The notes below the pieces were generated by a model. That model did not search any database and was not told the DNA's origin. It was given only the letters and a program-made list of their open reading frames with translations. The position numbers and the translations under genes were made by a program. From positions 1,697,026 through 1,761,025 of the forward strand of contig MU053933.1 in the NCBI GenBank assembly GCA_013239625.1: a DNA stretch of 64,000 nt, given 5' to 3'. Source of the stretch: Lama guanicoe. Its lineage: Eukaryota. Positions 12,129-24,701 of the stretch are shown one piece after another (position 1 is the first letter of the stretch; the number at the start of each line of letters is the position of its first letter).

Positions 12129-12764
12129 TGCTGCTAACAAACTCAGGTTCAACTGATTGTTGCTCAAGAATCCAACACTGAGAGAAAAATGCTGAGTAAA
12201 AGGAAAGACAGCTTTATTGAGGAAGCCAGCAGTCCTGGGGAGAAGGTGGACTTGTGTCCCAAAGAGCCAACTCCCCCCTCTCCAGGCTTTGCAGGTAGAT
12301 TACACAGGGGAAAGAGGAAGGGGTTACGTGCTGAGGAGAGGGTTGTGGGGGGCATGATCAGCTGTGGACATTCTTCTGATTGGCTGGTGGTGAGGTAACC
12401 AAGAGCCAACGTCATCAACCTTCTGGTTCCAACCGGTCTGGGGTCCGTGTGCTTGTGAGCTGCACACAGCTACCTTCTTCCACCTGGTGGGGGTTTCAGT
12501 GTCTGCGAAGTAGCTGGACGGACGTGGCTCAGAATGTGATCTCCAGCCCTGGAGGAGGAATGGCACGTCTCTGACTTTGTTTAATGGCTAAACTATTATT
12601 ATTTCATCTTGCTGACTGTTTTCCTTTGTTTCTGCATTTTCTCACTTCTCTGACTAAGTTTATTCTTTGGCTAAAGTTCTTCTACAGACAAAAGGCAGGC
12701 AGAGGACATGGGGCGGGGCAGGGGGGTCTGTCCTGGGAAGGCCCAGGGGTCCTGCTCGGTTACA
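12129..12764 (-). mobile_element. ERV1-class solo LTR (636 bp)
   Basis: TG...CA termini, 4-bp TSD GAGT (12125-12128)/GAGC (12765-12768), minus-strand AATAAA at 12213-12218. Confidence 0.8.
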
Positions 12765-13699
12765 GAGCCCTACGAAGATGGCTGATGGGGGTGACTCTCC
12801 ATGATTCAGAAGAAATGGGCTGCTTTGTCTCAAGATGAAGAGACACAATGGAGAATATTAGAGGGAAAAGCAAAGCACAAGTGGAAGAACAAACACCAAG
12901 GCCGGGCGTGAGGAAGACTCTGAAGCCTGCCCTGCACCCCGATCTGGCTCACACCAGAGAGAGGTGCAGCCAGGCTCTGAGTCTGTCTGAAGGTTGGCAG
13001 CAGGCACAGGAAATCCAGGGAACTCTGGGAACAGACAACCCCGAGTGTCTACCTCCCCTCTCTCCCGTGCCTCCTGAAACCTCCAGAAGCAGCAGCCAGA
13101 GGCATCCCCGTGGGGGCCCCGTAGTCCCAGGTGCCAGTCAGAGTCTGGCTGCAAGTGCTGGAAACCCAACTTCAAACGGCCAAGGGTATCTGGCGGGTCC
13201 CGCGGGGCGGACCCAGGGCTGGAGGGCGCTCTCTGCCTGTCTTGGCCTCTGGGTCTCCCTCAGCTTCCTCCCCCTCGCTCTCTCCACTTCTCTGCTCTCC
13301 TTTCCTCCGTGTGGCCCATGTCAACTGCGGCAGCCCCAGGGACACCCAGCTTCCATTCCTTACAGCTGGGAACCCTGCAGAAGCAGAGATCAGAACTTCG
13401 GAGACATCCAGGTTCTAGAATCCCATCTCATGGGCCTGGCTCAAGTCCCCGCCCCTCAGCTGTGGCCCCTGGCTTGAGCCCCACCATCTCTGCGCAGGCG
13501 GGAGTGGAGTCAACACACCACGGCATCACACAGCCTGGGGGTGGGGCGGGTGGCTTCCCCAAATCAGCGTCCATGCCCTCAACAAGAATAGAGGTTTTGC
13601 AGAAAACTTGGCCCATGTTTGGGGCCATTAAAATGGGAAGGAGAGACAGGCTTGTCAGAGTTGGCTCATCCCTGGCCCCGTCGGCGCTTCTCTGTCTTC

Positions 13700-14210
13700 C
13701 GCTCCTGGGGGTGGGGTCTATGTCTGGGGTCTGGACCCCTCTCTCAGGCCCTGCCTGCTTCTCAGACTCTGGACCTCATCTCACGACAGCTTGGAACTAC
13801 AACTCCGGGCTCCGTCCCCTGCACTCCAGCGGCCAGCATCTCCCAGGGTCCTGGCCTCAGACAGTCCTGATTTGGATGCCTGGCATCCTGTCTGCAAGTC
13901 AGTCTGCTGGCCCTGGCCCCTGAGCCTGGTGCTGGGGCTCTGTGGCCTGCTGCTCCCTGGCTGTTTGACCTGGAGTCTCCTTGCTAATGTGGTGCCTGAA
14001 TGGCGACTTCCCCCAGGCATGCCCCCAAAGCCCATTTGGTCACAACGGTGGGTGGCCCAAGGCCCAAGACTCTCCCCATCAGTACCAGCCTCCCCTCCAG
14101 ACTCCCTTCCCTGGAGCAACTACTGGGACTGCCTTGTTCATCCCCGGCCCCTGAACCCAGCCATGGTGAGCACAGAGCTGGCTCAGTAAACATGCAGAGC
14201 AAATAAATGT
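13700..14210 (+). mobile_element. L2 LINE 3' remnant
   Basis: gccttgttcatcccc...gagcacagagctggctcagtaaacatg..aaataaatg, typical L2 3' terminus. Confidence 0.55.
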
Positions 14211-14354
14211 CAAAGAAGCCAGGGGAGGGACGGTGAATGTGGGGTGAGCTATCTGGAGAGAGAGACAGGTCTGAGTGATGTCCAGCCTTGGGAATGAACG
14301 GAAGACCTGGGCAGAGCTGGGCAGGCAGCCTCTCCGCACGCGGGAAGCGTCTCC

Positions 14355-14375
14355 AGCGCTGGCCGTGGTGCTGAA
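14355..14375 (-). promoter_or_regulatory. RE1/NRSE (REST binding site)
   Basis: Minus strand reads TTCAGCACCACGGCCAGCGCT, 19/21 identical to canonical TTCAGCACCACGGACAGCGCC with canonical spacing. Confidence 0.75.
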
Positions 14376-15134
14376 AGCGGGCTCCCTGCGCAGGCCACCG
14401 GGGCGGAGAGGGAACCACGGCAGGACGGCGCTGGGGTCAGGGCGAGGGAAAGAGCCATCACATCTGAGGTCCCAGCCCTGGGACACATGCAGAATCGGGG
14501 CCTTGTCTTCTTGCCTCCCACGGACATCCTGGTGGGTTTACGTGTTTACTTACATCACAGGCGCCGGCGCCAAATCTCACTCTAGGAAAACTCACAAGCT
14601 AAGAAACAATTAAATTTAACAGCAGCCCTCTGGAGCAGGTACTGACTGTCACAGCTGCTTTTTTCCGAAAAGGACAAAAGTTAGATCTTGGATTTAAATA
14701 GCACCTTCCCAGCTTCCCTTGAAGGAGTGTCACCCGGAAATAACTAAGCCAGTTAAACTTCTCTGAGAGGCACAGTAGTCAGGGGCAAAGCTCAAGCGCC
14801 CCGAGTTTCTGACGTCTGATTTTCCAAGCCTGCGCTATCGTAAAGGACAGAATACAAGGGACAGTCAGCTTAAGGGGACCACAAGATCTCTTCTGTGGAG
14901 CAGAACCACCACGACGTGCGTGGACTGCAGGAGGGGCTGCCAGAGGGGCTAAGCTCCCCGGGAGGCCTCCCGTGCTTGAGAGCTGTACCTCGGGGAGGCC
15001 ACCGGGAGGGGCCGGGCTTGGGCTCCGGCCTTTGGTCAGGACGGCAGTCGAGGGAGAGGCAGGATGTCACAGTGGGTCTGAGAAGCATGGGTTTCAACTG
15101 CGTGGCTGCGATCATTAAACTGTGCCCCAACTTC

Positions 15135-15650
15135 TTTAAATAGACTTATTGGGAGATAGTGCATACATACCAATGTGATGTGCACAATTCAACGGCTTTT
15201 AGTATATTCACAGTTACAGGTAAACATCTCCACAGTCAATTTCACAACATTTTCATCACCTTGAAAAGAAACCCCTCCCCATGGACAACCAGGAGGCACT
15301 TTCTACATCAAACTCATGTTTGCAATGGCTTTAAGCATAAATGTGTCAAATTCCTGTATTTTTTAATACTACTAAAAAAAGTACCCTCCTATTTGGAGAA
15401 TGGTAGAGAACCCAATGACCACATTAAAAATGGGGAAATAAAGGGGAAATTTTCAAGAAAATGAAAAAGAGGTCCCAAACCCATTAGCTACCAACCCTCT
15501 CACCCTCCCCGCCCACCCCCACCCTTGGCAACCACCAATTCACTTTCCGTGTCTGTAGAACCACCTCTCCTGGGCTTTCGGCATAAACGGAATTGTGTCG
15601 TGCGTGGTCTCTGCCGGGCTTCCTTCGGTCAGTGTGCTTCGGTCAGTGTG
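15135..15650 (-). mobile_element. L1MB-like 3' UTR, split by a ~190-bp foreign insert
   Basis: ttttagtatattcacag...aacattttcatcacc..aaaagaaaccc [insert] aaacccattagc...cttggcaaccaccaat. Confidence 0.75.
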
Positions 15651-15719
15651 ATGAGGACTGACCTAGGGGCCCTCGTCCCGGGACTCGTGCCTTCAGATGT
15701 TAACCCTCTGCAGCGCCCT

Positions 15720-16075
15720 GCTCAGGGTCTCCAGCAGCTCCTGCCTCCCTGGGTGAGGCTGAAGGCTCTCCTTGGCCGGCGAGGCCCTGTCCGCCGGGGT
15801 CCAGCTCCCATCCCACATCCCTGGCCCTGACCAGGCGCCTGGCTGCTCCCAGATCACACTAGGGACACGCCCACCATCTGCGCGTGCGCACTCCGCGCCA
15901 AAGCACTTGCCGCTGCCCGGCGTTCTGCGCATCTGTTGCATCTGTTATCTAGGTGACGCTCTTCCCTGCTAGAACGTCAGCTCCGCCAGCGAGGGGGCCT
16001 GTCCTCTTGGTCCCCTGCCACAGCCCCAGCTCTGGCACGCTGTGGATACAACCAGCATTTGTTGGACAGATCAAC
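15720..16075 (+). mobile_element. L2 LINE 3' remnant
   Basis: ctagaacgtcagctcc...ctggcacgctgtgg...catttgttggacagat. Confidence 0.5.
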
Positions 16076-16339
16076 TAGCCCCCGGGTCCTCAGACTTGGC
16101 CCCATTCGGATGTGGGCAAGTCAGTGCCTTCTCCTCCCCACATCCCCACCCCGCTAGTCTCCCGCATCTTCCTCATCCCTGCAGCCCTGTAGGATCAGCA
16201 CAGGAAAAGCTGGGACGGAGGCTTCCCGCCAGTGTTGTCTCTGTGACACGCTGCATTTGTCTGACTTCAGGACGGAGGCTGCTCTGCCTCTCCCATGTGT
16301 TCGGCCCCCCCTCCGTGAATAAAGATGCTGCATCCATGC

Positions 16340-16725
16340 ACTGGTCAGTTATAGCTGCATAACAAACACTGTGGGTCTGTGGTGCTGTGGCTTATGCTGA
16401 CTCACACTCATTTATTGCTCACAAGCCTGTGCTGGCTGTGGGCTGGTAGACGTGGGCTCCAGGAGGGGCTCAGCTCCGTCCCACGACCTCGTTCTCGACC
16501 CACCAGGAGTTTCTTCTCACTATGGGGGGAAGGAAGCTCTAAAGGGGCTGCCGGAAACTTGCCGGCCTCGTACAGCTCAGCCCAGAGCCGGCTCAGTGCT
16601 TTCCCCCCCGAGAACCATCAGCAGGTCTCGTGGCCACACCCACATCCTCAGGACAGGGGAGGTTATTCCATCACAGGAAGGCCAGGAGGGGAGGGTTTGT
16701 GGATAAATGGTCCAACCCACCACAC
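16340..16725 (-). mobile_element. Old MaLR LTR (MLT1H/I-like)
   Basis: gtcagttatagctgcataacaaacac...catttattgctcacaagcctg. Confidence 0.55.
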
Positions 16726-17059
16726 AGGGTGAGATGGTCAGCGCAATGCTGTTGGGAGGATGGGGGAGGCAGGAGGGAGGTATTTTGTCCCCAGGTAACA
16801 TCTAGGACCCGGACCCAGACTCCTGACTTCGGGTTGGGCTAGGCCTCGGGAACCCCCAGGTTATAGCCCCTTGGATACTTGGAGAAGTGAAATGATGGTG
16901 GAGAGGGAGCCAGGGACCCAGGAATCAGGTGGAGACTTGGGGATGAGACTGGGCTCTGTGGGCGGTTTCTTTTCCTTCACCTGAATCTTTAATCAAGTGG
17001 CTGATCCGAAGATGCTTTATTGGGCTGGTCAGACTGCAGCCCAGGGTGATGACAGGTAA

Positions 17060-17270
17060 TACCAGGTGTCCAGTTAGTACCTGCCCTGTACCAGGCCCCG
17101 TGCTGAACACAGAACGCACATCAACTCCTTAAGCCCTATGACCCACCCAGGCAGCTGCCCTCATCACCCAACCCTACAGACCAGGCGACTGAGGCCTAAG
17201 AGGGTGAGTGCTGTGTGGGAGCTCCCCCCACTTCCAGCAGGTGAACATGGAGCCAGGGCTGGACCCCTGG
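17060..17270 (-). mobile_element. MIR SINE remnant
   Basis: gtaccaggccccgtgctgaac...ctacagaccaggcgactgaggcctaagaggg. Confidence 0.5.
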
Positions 17271-18367
17271 GTGGCTCCCACTATGGGCACAGCTGGTGTC
17301 CAGGAGGGTCAGGCCCCCACAGCCTCCCTGAACTGCTTCCATCTCCTGGGGAGGGAGTCCCACTCTGCAGGCTGGACCCTTTAGTCTTGTAGTCCAAGGA
17401 GGAACCGGACAGTGATGGCGTCTGCCCTGCCTTGTGGATGGGGTGGCATTTGAGATGGGCAATGTGTGCTCACTGGGAAAGCCACAGGAGCGGGAGTGGG
17501 ACTGTCTGTCACCAACCTGCCCTGGGCAGGGGTTGTAGGTGACCCCGCAGCTGACCTGTCTGTCCACTGCTGCCGAGGGCTGGCAGGCGCTGGGGGCTCA
17601 GGGCTGGGCTGGGACCTAATGGCAGCTCTGATCTACCCCCTTTCTGATGCTCCCAGCAGAGTGGGGTTAGGGCACATGCTGTCAGGACGTAAGGATGCCA
17701 CCTCAGGTGAAAAAGAAGCGGGTGGAGGTTTTGAGACCTACATGGCCCAAGCTTGCAGTGCCCCGTGGACATGAGGACCCAGGTGTTTCTGCCTCCTGGT
17801 GCTGCGCTGGCTGGAGACTGTTCAGCCGGTGCAGCTCAGCACACCTGCTGGGAAAGCCCTGTGTTTTCCACTCCTCAGAAGCCAGATGGACCCCCACCCA
17901 AAATTCATTTCCAAAGTGGAGACTAATGGCACTGCAGTGCGCCCATGGGGGCTGGAAGGTTTACTTCTCCTGGGCCTGGGCTTTGGGGGGAGAGCGAGGT
18001 GGACTCCTGAGCAGGTCTGAACACACCCTCAGAGCCGGGGAGGTGCTGGCTGGGGTCTCGCTGCATGTGGGGTTCGGCTTGGGGAGGGTTCTCCTGGCTG
18101 GTGGACTTTATGCTTCCATCCTGCACCCAGGGAGGGAGCCCCTCTCGCCCAAATGTGGGGCACAGGGGGCAGCAGGAGGGGTGGGCATGGAATCAGGCTG
18201 AGTCAGGCCCCAAGCATGGACACTGCTGCTGCCAGAGCCCAGGGACAGCGCCTTGGCCCCACGGGACCTGGGGGTCCCACACACTTTTTGTGTTTCAGGC
18301 CAAACCATTTGCTTCCTGCCGTCTGCGACTTGCTTCCTTTTTAAAGGTCTTTTGAAAAATGTTAACA

Positions 18368-19020
18368 GAAATGCATGGCAGCCCGTGTGGAAAATAGTAC
18401 TGCACTTCCTCGAGGAATTAAACATAGAATTCCCATGTGATCCAGCAGCCCCGCTTCTGGGCATAAACTCAAAAGAAGTGAAAGTAGGGTCTCAAACAGA
18501 GGTTTGCACACCCATGTCCACATCAGTGTTACTCACAACAGCCAAGGGGTGAAAACAACCTAAGAGTCCATGAATGGACGGATGGACAAAGAAAAAGTGG
18601 TCCATCCACACAATGGAATATTATTCAGCCTTTAAAAGGAAGGACGTCCTGACATGGACTGTAACATGGATGAACCTGGAGGACATCGTGTTAGTGACAT
18701 AAGCCAGTCACAGAAGGGCAGATACTGTCTGATCCACTTACATCAGGTCCCTGGAGGAGTCAGACTCACGGAGACAGAAAGCAGGAGAGGGGGGCCGGGG
18801 CCGGGGGAGGGAGGAGGAGTGAGTGTTTAATGGGGACAGAGTGTCTGCTGGGAAGATGGAAATTCTGGAGACGATGGTGGTGATGGGTGCCCAACAGCGT
18901 GAATGGACTGAGTGCCACTGGCTGCACTCAGCTCCCAGTGGGTAGAATGGTGAATGTCGTTAGTGGTAAATGTCGTGTTACGGATGTTTTACTCCAGTGA
19001 TAAAGAAGAAATCAAAAAAG
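18368..19020 (+). mobile_element. L1MB (L1MB3-like) ORF2 end + 3' UTR
   Basis: Translates QPVWKIVLHFLEELNIEFPCDPAAPLLGI; acaatggaatattattcagcc; gtgtttaatggggacagagt; A-rich tail. Confidence 0.9.
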
Positions 19021-20289
19021 TCAGCAGGAGTGTGGGAGAGTTTTCCATCTCCAGATCTGCAGGGTTTATTATGACCCCCACCCTCTAGCCTGCAGTGAGG
19101 CCTGTGAGCTCCGGCTCCTGCCCACAGTCACAGCGCAAAGCGACGCTGCCAGGCTTTGGATGCAGCCTGTCTGGGGGAGGGGTGCCTCTGCCCTGCCCGC
19201 GGAGTCTCGGTGTCCTCTGGATGGAACTGACCCTGGAACCTCCCAGGGTTTCTGGCTCCCTCGGGAGGGGTCCTGGGAGCCGGTCTGGAGAGAACATGTC
19301 TTCCTCAGGGTGCTGATGGGTGGGGCCATCCTCTGGATTGCGACCCAGGCACGAGGACTGACGCAGGCCTAAAAAGGGGAAGAGGAGATGGAACTTCTGA
19401 TTCCTGTTGGCGCCTCCATTCCGTCGTTTAATTTAAGGTTCACAGGGTGCTTTCCTGCCCGGCCCGGTCCCCTCCCTGTCCCCAGGCCCTGGGGACACAC
19501 TGCCCTGGGCGTGTTCCCTAGGACGGCTGCAGCGTGAGGGCTGGGTGACAACACAAGCGCGGTCACTTCCCAGGTTCTGTGGTCTGGGGCCCAGGGTCTC
19601 CAGAACTGAGGTCTAGGTGCAGGCCGGCAGCCTTCTAATCCAGACCCCGGGCTCCCTCCAAGCTCACGTGGCTGTTGGCGGAGTCCAGCTTCCCCGGAGG
19701 CCACTCACAGCACCTGCCATGGGCCCCTCCCTCTTCAAAGGCAGCCACAGAGCATCTAGCCCCTGTCAAGTCCCTCTCATTCTTCGGGACTCTCTGGTCC
19801 TCTGCTCTGGCCTCTGGATCCAGATTCAAAGGCCCCTGTGCTCAGATTGGATGGTCTCCCCATCTTAAGGTCGATGGTTGGGGCCTCAGTTACACCTGCA
19901 GGGACCCCCTCCAAGCAGCACCCGGATGGGTCTTGGATGGAGTAGCCGGGAGGAGGGGCAGGCACCCCAGGAGCGAGCATCTCGGGGCTCATCTCAGAAT
20001 CCTGCTGCCACACCGTGCACAGTGGCTGCTCTGTGGGCACTTGCTGAGCAGGTGAGAGAAGGCAGAGGCGGCCGTAACTGGGAACAGCGGGATCTGAGGT
20101 CCGTCTGCCTTCTGCAGACACAGTGGGGCCGGGAGTGGGGCCTCCCAGGCTCGTGGCTGCCCAGTAGGGAGCGGGGCTGGGGTGCAGTGGAATTCATGTC
20201 CATTTTCTGTCAAGGACCACTGCTCTCCCACTGCAGAGGAAGGGGCTGCGGCTTGGGGGAGAGGGCTTGCCCAGCTGCCAGAGGTGATG

Positions 20290-20490
20290 CAAGCTGGCTG
20301 GCATCAAATGACAGAAATGCTTCCTCAGGGTGCTAGAGGCCAGATGTTCAAAATCCAGGTGTGTGCAGGGCCGCACTCCCTCCAGAAGTTCCGGGGAGAA
20401 TCTGTCCTTCCCTCATCCAGCTTCCTGGCTCGTGGCCGCATCTCTCCAGGCTTGCCTCTGCGTCGGTGTCCTTTCTTCTGTCTCTTATAC
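20290..20490 (-). mobile_element. MLT1 LTR fragment
   Basis: acagaaatg...ctagaggccagatgttcaaaatccaggtg..gcagggccgcactccctccaga..ggggagaatc. Confidence 0.7.
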
Positions 20491-21399
20491 TCTTGGCAGG
20501 AACCGCCCACCAGAACCGCGCACCCAGGACTCAGTTAACACTGGCCTGCCCCAGCAGCCCGAGGCCGAGTCCCAGGACCCTGCCCCTGCGAGCGCCTGCT
20601 TGCAGAAGCGAGAGTTTACAGTGTCCCTGCCAGCGCGTGGCCACAGGCTCGACCTCCTGCCTCAGTGCACTTACTAGGGGTCCACGTTGTGGCTCCTCCT
20701 CGTGAGACGCGTGTGTGTTTGCGCATGTCTAACTCTCAGGCACCTGAAGGCCCTCTCTCTGTCGTCAGCAGGAAGGACAGGGCTCTGTGACCCTGTCTCT
20801 GGGGAAGGTCAGACTCTGACTTGACCCCGCAGCCAGCAGCACGTGATCACACTCACGCAGCCCACCCCCGCCCCTCACCCGGGGAAGCTGTCATGTCCCC
20901 GCTGGCCCCCTCCCTCATCCTCCCTTTAAAACACCCCCCGTGCCCGCTGCTCAGTCTGAGCGGAGCTCAGCCTCTGCAGCACGTGCTGAGGAAAGCAGCT
21001 CTCACCGGCTTTATTTGTGGTGGAATTTTTTTAAAGTAATCAGGTTTTACTGTCATCAACAAAACCAAAATATTTCCATCATAAAAAAATTAATGTTTTA
21101 CTCTTTAGGGGTTTAAAACTCAAGACTTTTTGTGGATTCTGGGGGGAAATGTGTGGACAACGCCCTGGGCACACCAGGGGAGCCCGTCCCCGGAAAGCCA
21201 GTAAACACCCGCTGCATCTCCGGGACTGCGGCTGCAGCGCCTGACCCACAGGCCTCCCGCTGCACAAGGCATCGGAGGGGCCTGGAGCACAGCCTGGCAG
21301 CAACGGTGGCAGCAGGCACAGCTGACCTCGCGCAGCCACGTAGGTGGTAGGTCGGTAGTCCAGGCTCTGCAGGGACTCGGGGAGAGAGAAATGGGGAGG

Positions 21400-21525
21400 G
21401 AGGGACGGCTTAATGAAAAGTTCTGGAACTAGACAGTGGTAAGTCGCGAGTGCTCTCAATGCCACTGAACTGTCCACTTCAAATCGATTAGGACGGTGAA
21501 TTGCATGGTATGTGTACTTCACCAG
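21400..21525 (+). mobile_element. L1MB 3' UTR fragment
   Basis: gaaaagttctggaactagacagtggt...aatgccactgaactgtccacttc. Confidence 0.7.
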
Positions 21526-22169
21526 TCTTCCCCGTAGGGAGTGGAGTGGGTCTGCCGGCGCTCGAGTTAGAACCGTGCGCCTCTCTCACTCTCCCGAGAG
21601 GCACGCCAGTCATCCTGCCGCGTCCCGTGTGCAGTGAGGCCAGGCAGGGGCGGGGCTGCTCCACGGCTTTCCCTCCGGGCCCCCAGGTGGCAGGGGGCTG
21701 TGCCTCCGCGAGGGGGAGGAGCCCTTCTTGGATTCTCTCCCCAGGTGCCAGCAGCCGCCCCAGGGGCCTCGCTCAGTGTTTGCAGGTGAGACCCTCTCCC
21801 TGTGGGTGTGGATTTGCCCCTTGGGGACTCTGCCTGCAGCTATAGTTGGGGCTCCCTGGAGCATGAAGATCTTCGTCTGCCATCATCTGCAGGATGTTAG
21901 TGGCTGGTGCAGATTTGAATCCATGACTGTTGCTTGAGAACCTCCCGAGAGCTGGATCAGGGCGGGTCCCGCCTTCCTGAAACTCCAGTCTAACTGTGTG
22001 AGCTGTGGGGGAGTGAGAACTCGCACAAACAGCTACCATGTGCCTCAGGAAGGGAGGCCTCCCGAAGGGATAACCCCCCAGCAGCTATGCGGTTACAAGT
22101 GCCCCAGGCGCAGAGGGAGGGGAAAGAGAGGTGTGCGTGTTTGTGGAAAATGTGTTCCCTGGAAAAGCA

Positions 22170-22345
22170 CCGAGTCCTGGTGTCAGAGACCCCGGAGCTG
22201 CCTCTCACTAGTTGCAAGACTTCAGGCAAGTTGTGTGTGTTCTTTGAGCCTCAGTTTCCTTAACTGTAAAATGGGAGTATGATTGTAATAAACAAATAAT
22301 TCCTACTCATGGAGTGTTTATGAGAGGCGCGTGCTCATGACCATC
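22170..22345 (+). mobile_element. MIR SINE
   Basis: ggcaagtt...ctttgagcctcagtttccttaactgtaaaatggg MIR core. Confidence 0.85.
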
Positions 22346-24283
22346 TCACTGGGCCCATGTGTCCGGATAAACGGTCCTGTCCTCCCGCGGGGCGGGCCCC
22401 CGTGTGTGGGAGGCACCTCAGGGCGCCCTCCCCAGCCGGGGAGCCCCTGAGCCTCCTGCTGTCACAGAGCACAGGCAGGACCTTGCAGGAGGGGGATGCT
22501 GGCCACAGTCACCGGCGGGGAGGGGCTCCTCGGTGGCTCGGGCAACCTCTCATCTTACAGACGGGACTGAGACCTCCCACGCCACTTTCATGTGTCCTCC
22601 AAGGACCCTCAAAATGAGTTCTTGCCAATTCAACTCCGGGAGAAAAATGGTTTTTTTCCTCGTTAGATATACGGGTTTCCCTTACGTAGTTAGAAAGCAA
22701 AAATCCGTTAAGCTAAGGCCCAGCACTTCAAGCCGAGCCTGGTGCTCCCTTGGCCACACACACTTTCTGTCTGTGCTTTTCTAGCGCTTTTTGTTTTTAT
22801 GGTTGCTGGCCTGTTTTCACTTAGAAAATGCTGTGGTTTTAAAAGGACTAATTCTTCATTATCAGAGTGATCCAGAAATGCAGTCTCCTTGTAAAAGTTT
22901 AAACATGAAAAAGAGCAGCTCAGGGAGCTCCCGTGTTGGTGACTGTGTCCGCGTGCCAGGCGGGGCTTCGCACCCCAGCTCCTCGGGGACAGGAGCTCCA
23001 TCTCAGGGCCCTCGGGCCTTGTCTGTGCGCTTTTTCATCTGATTGTCCACTTGTGCCCTTTGTGATACAGTGGTAAACATGGAAAAGCCCCAGCAATTAC
23101 AGAGAAAGTTTCACGTCCGTTTATCACCCCCAACCCTGGTCTCTTCTGGTCTCTTTCTCCAGTGTTTGAGAGCTGGGGTGGATCTTTCCAGATCTTTCTC
23201 TAAGGGTTGCTATAAGGTGGCTGTGTCCATACTGTGCCTGTGGTTTCTGCAGGTGTCCCCCTCCATAAATGGCGTCATATATACAGCATGCGTCACTGGG
23301 ATATTTGTTTCGTGTATCCAGCTCCACGCATTGGAGATCCTTCGAAATGTCAAATATCAGATGCTGTTTGGAGCAACGCCAACAGATTTAATCCAGAGTC
23401 CAAGCCCCTCCTCGGTCAGGCTTCCGCCCACTGCCCCGTCTCTGTTAGCAGACAGGGACGGGGTGACATAACCCAGCCAGCGTTGCTGTTTTGCCCGTCG
23501 CCCTGTGTGCGTTCCTGGGGGATCATGCTCTCTGAGGACCAGAGCTGTCCCCAAGTCCATAGCTTTCCTGGTCTTTAAGAGAAACATTCGCTGGAAAGCA
23601 GCAGCAGGCTTTGTGAAATTCATAGCTGAGCTCAAAGGGCCACCATCCAGCCACGTGGGTGTCCCTCCTGGCCCCAGGTCAGTGCCGCAGGGCGAGTCTG
23701 CGCACATTACCTGTGTCAGAGGCCGACTCGGACGCCCACATGCGGACTGTGAGCAAACAGGAGGTACCCAGAGAACGGGCCCCCGGCAAGGCAGGGCCCT
23801 GGGGGCTGCAGAGATCTGAGGCCTGAGGAGCCGTCGGAGAGTATCGGATGCAGGCAGGGGCTGGACCAGTGGAGGCGGCAGGAAGTCCTCTCACCCCAGT
23901 GGGGACAGTGCCAGCGTCTGGGGAGGTCAGCGGGGACAGAGAGGAGGGTGGGACCAGGGGTGAGAACCTCTCCAGAGAAACACAATAAAAAGGTTCTGTC
24001 CTGAGAGTCAGCGGGCCTGGGTCCCTGTTCTGGGACGGGTGTGGGTGGGTCTGCGAGCTGGGTGCCCCCAGCCCCTCCCCCGGCCGAAGACTGCTTCAGC
24101 TGCCTGGCCCGGAGGTCCAGAGTGGAGGCACTGCCGAGTGACCATCTCGCAGGCCCTGCGACCCTGGGGTTTTGTGTCCTGCGTGTGCTTGTCACCGCCA
24201 ACAAGCACAGAGATGGGCCGTGCATGAGGAACCCGGGGCCTGGGGTGAGGCTCACGCAGGTTGCGTCTACAATTGTCAGGAGC

Positions 24284-24701
24284 TGTGGGTTGAACTGTGT
24301 CCCCAAAACAGACGTATTGAAGTCCTGACCTCTACTTGTGACTGGGACCTTATTTGGAAACTGGATCATTGCAGATGTAAGAGTTCAGATGAGGTCACCC
24401 TGGAGCCGGGGTCCTAATTCAAGACGGGGTCCTTCAGAGGAGGCTGTGCGAAGGCCCAGACCCAGGGAGGAGCCCCATGATGACTGGATCAGGGCTTGGG
24501 GTGATGTGGCCACGAGCCAGGGGACCCCTGGAGTCCCCAGAGCCGGGAGAGGTGGGGAGGACCCTCCTCTGGAGCCTCTGGCAGGAGTGCAACCCTGAGA
24601 CACCGTGGCTCCAGACTGTAGCCCCAGAGCTGGGAGAGGACAGAGCTGTTCTCAGCCCCTGTTGGTGGTGCTTTGTCACAGCTGCCCCAGGACACTCATA
24701 C
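24284..24701 (+). mobile_element. MaLR LTR (MLT1C/D-like)
   Basis: tgtgggttgaactgtgtccccaaaa...ccttatttggaaa..cattgcagatgtaa...gatgaggtca...tttgtcacagc. Confidence 0.85.

Noticed and set aside
18232..18252. Second RE1 candidate (ggacagcgcc)
   Set aside because: Only the right half-site matches; left half and spacing are non-canonical
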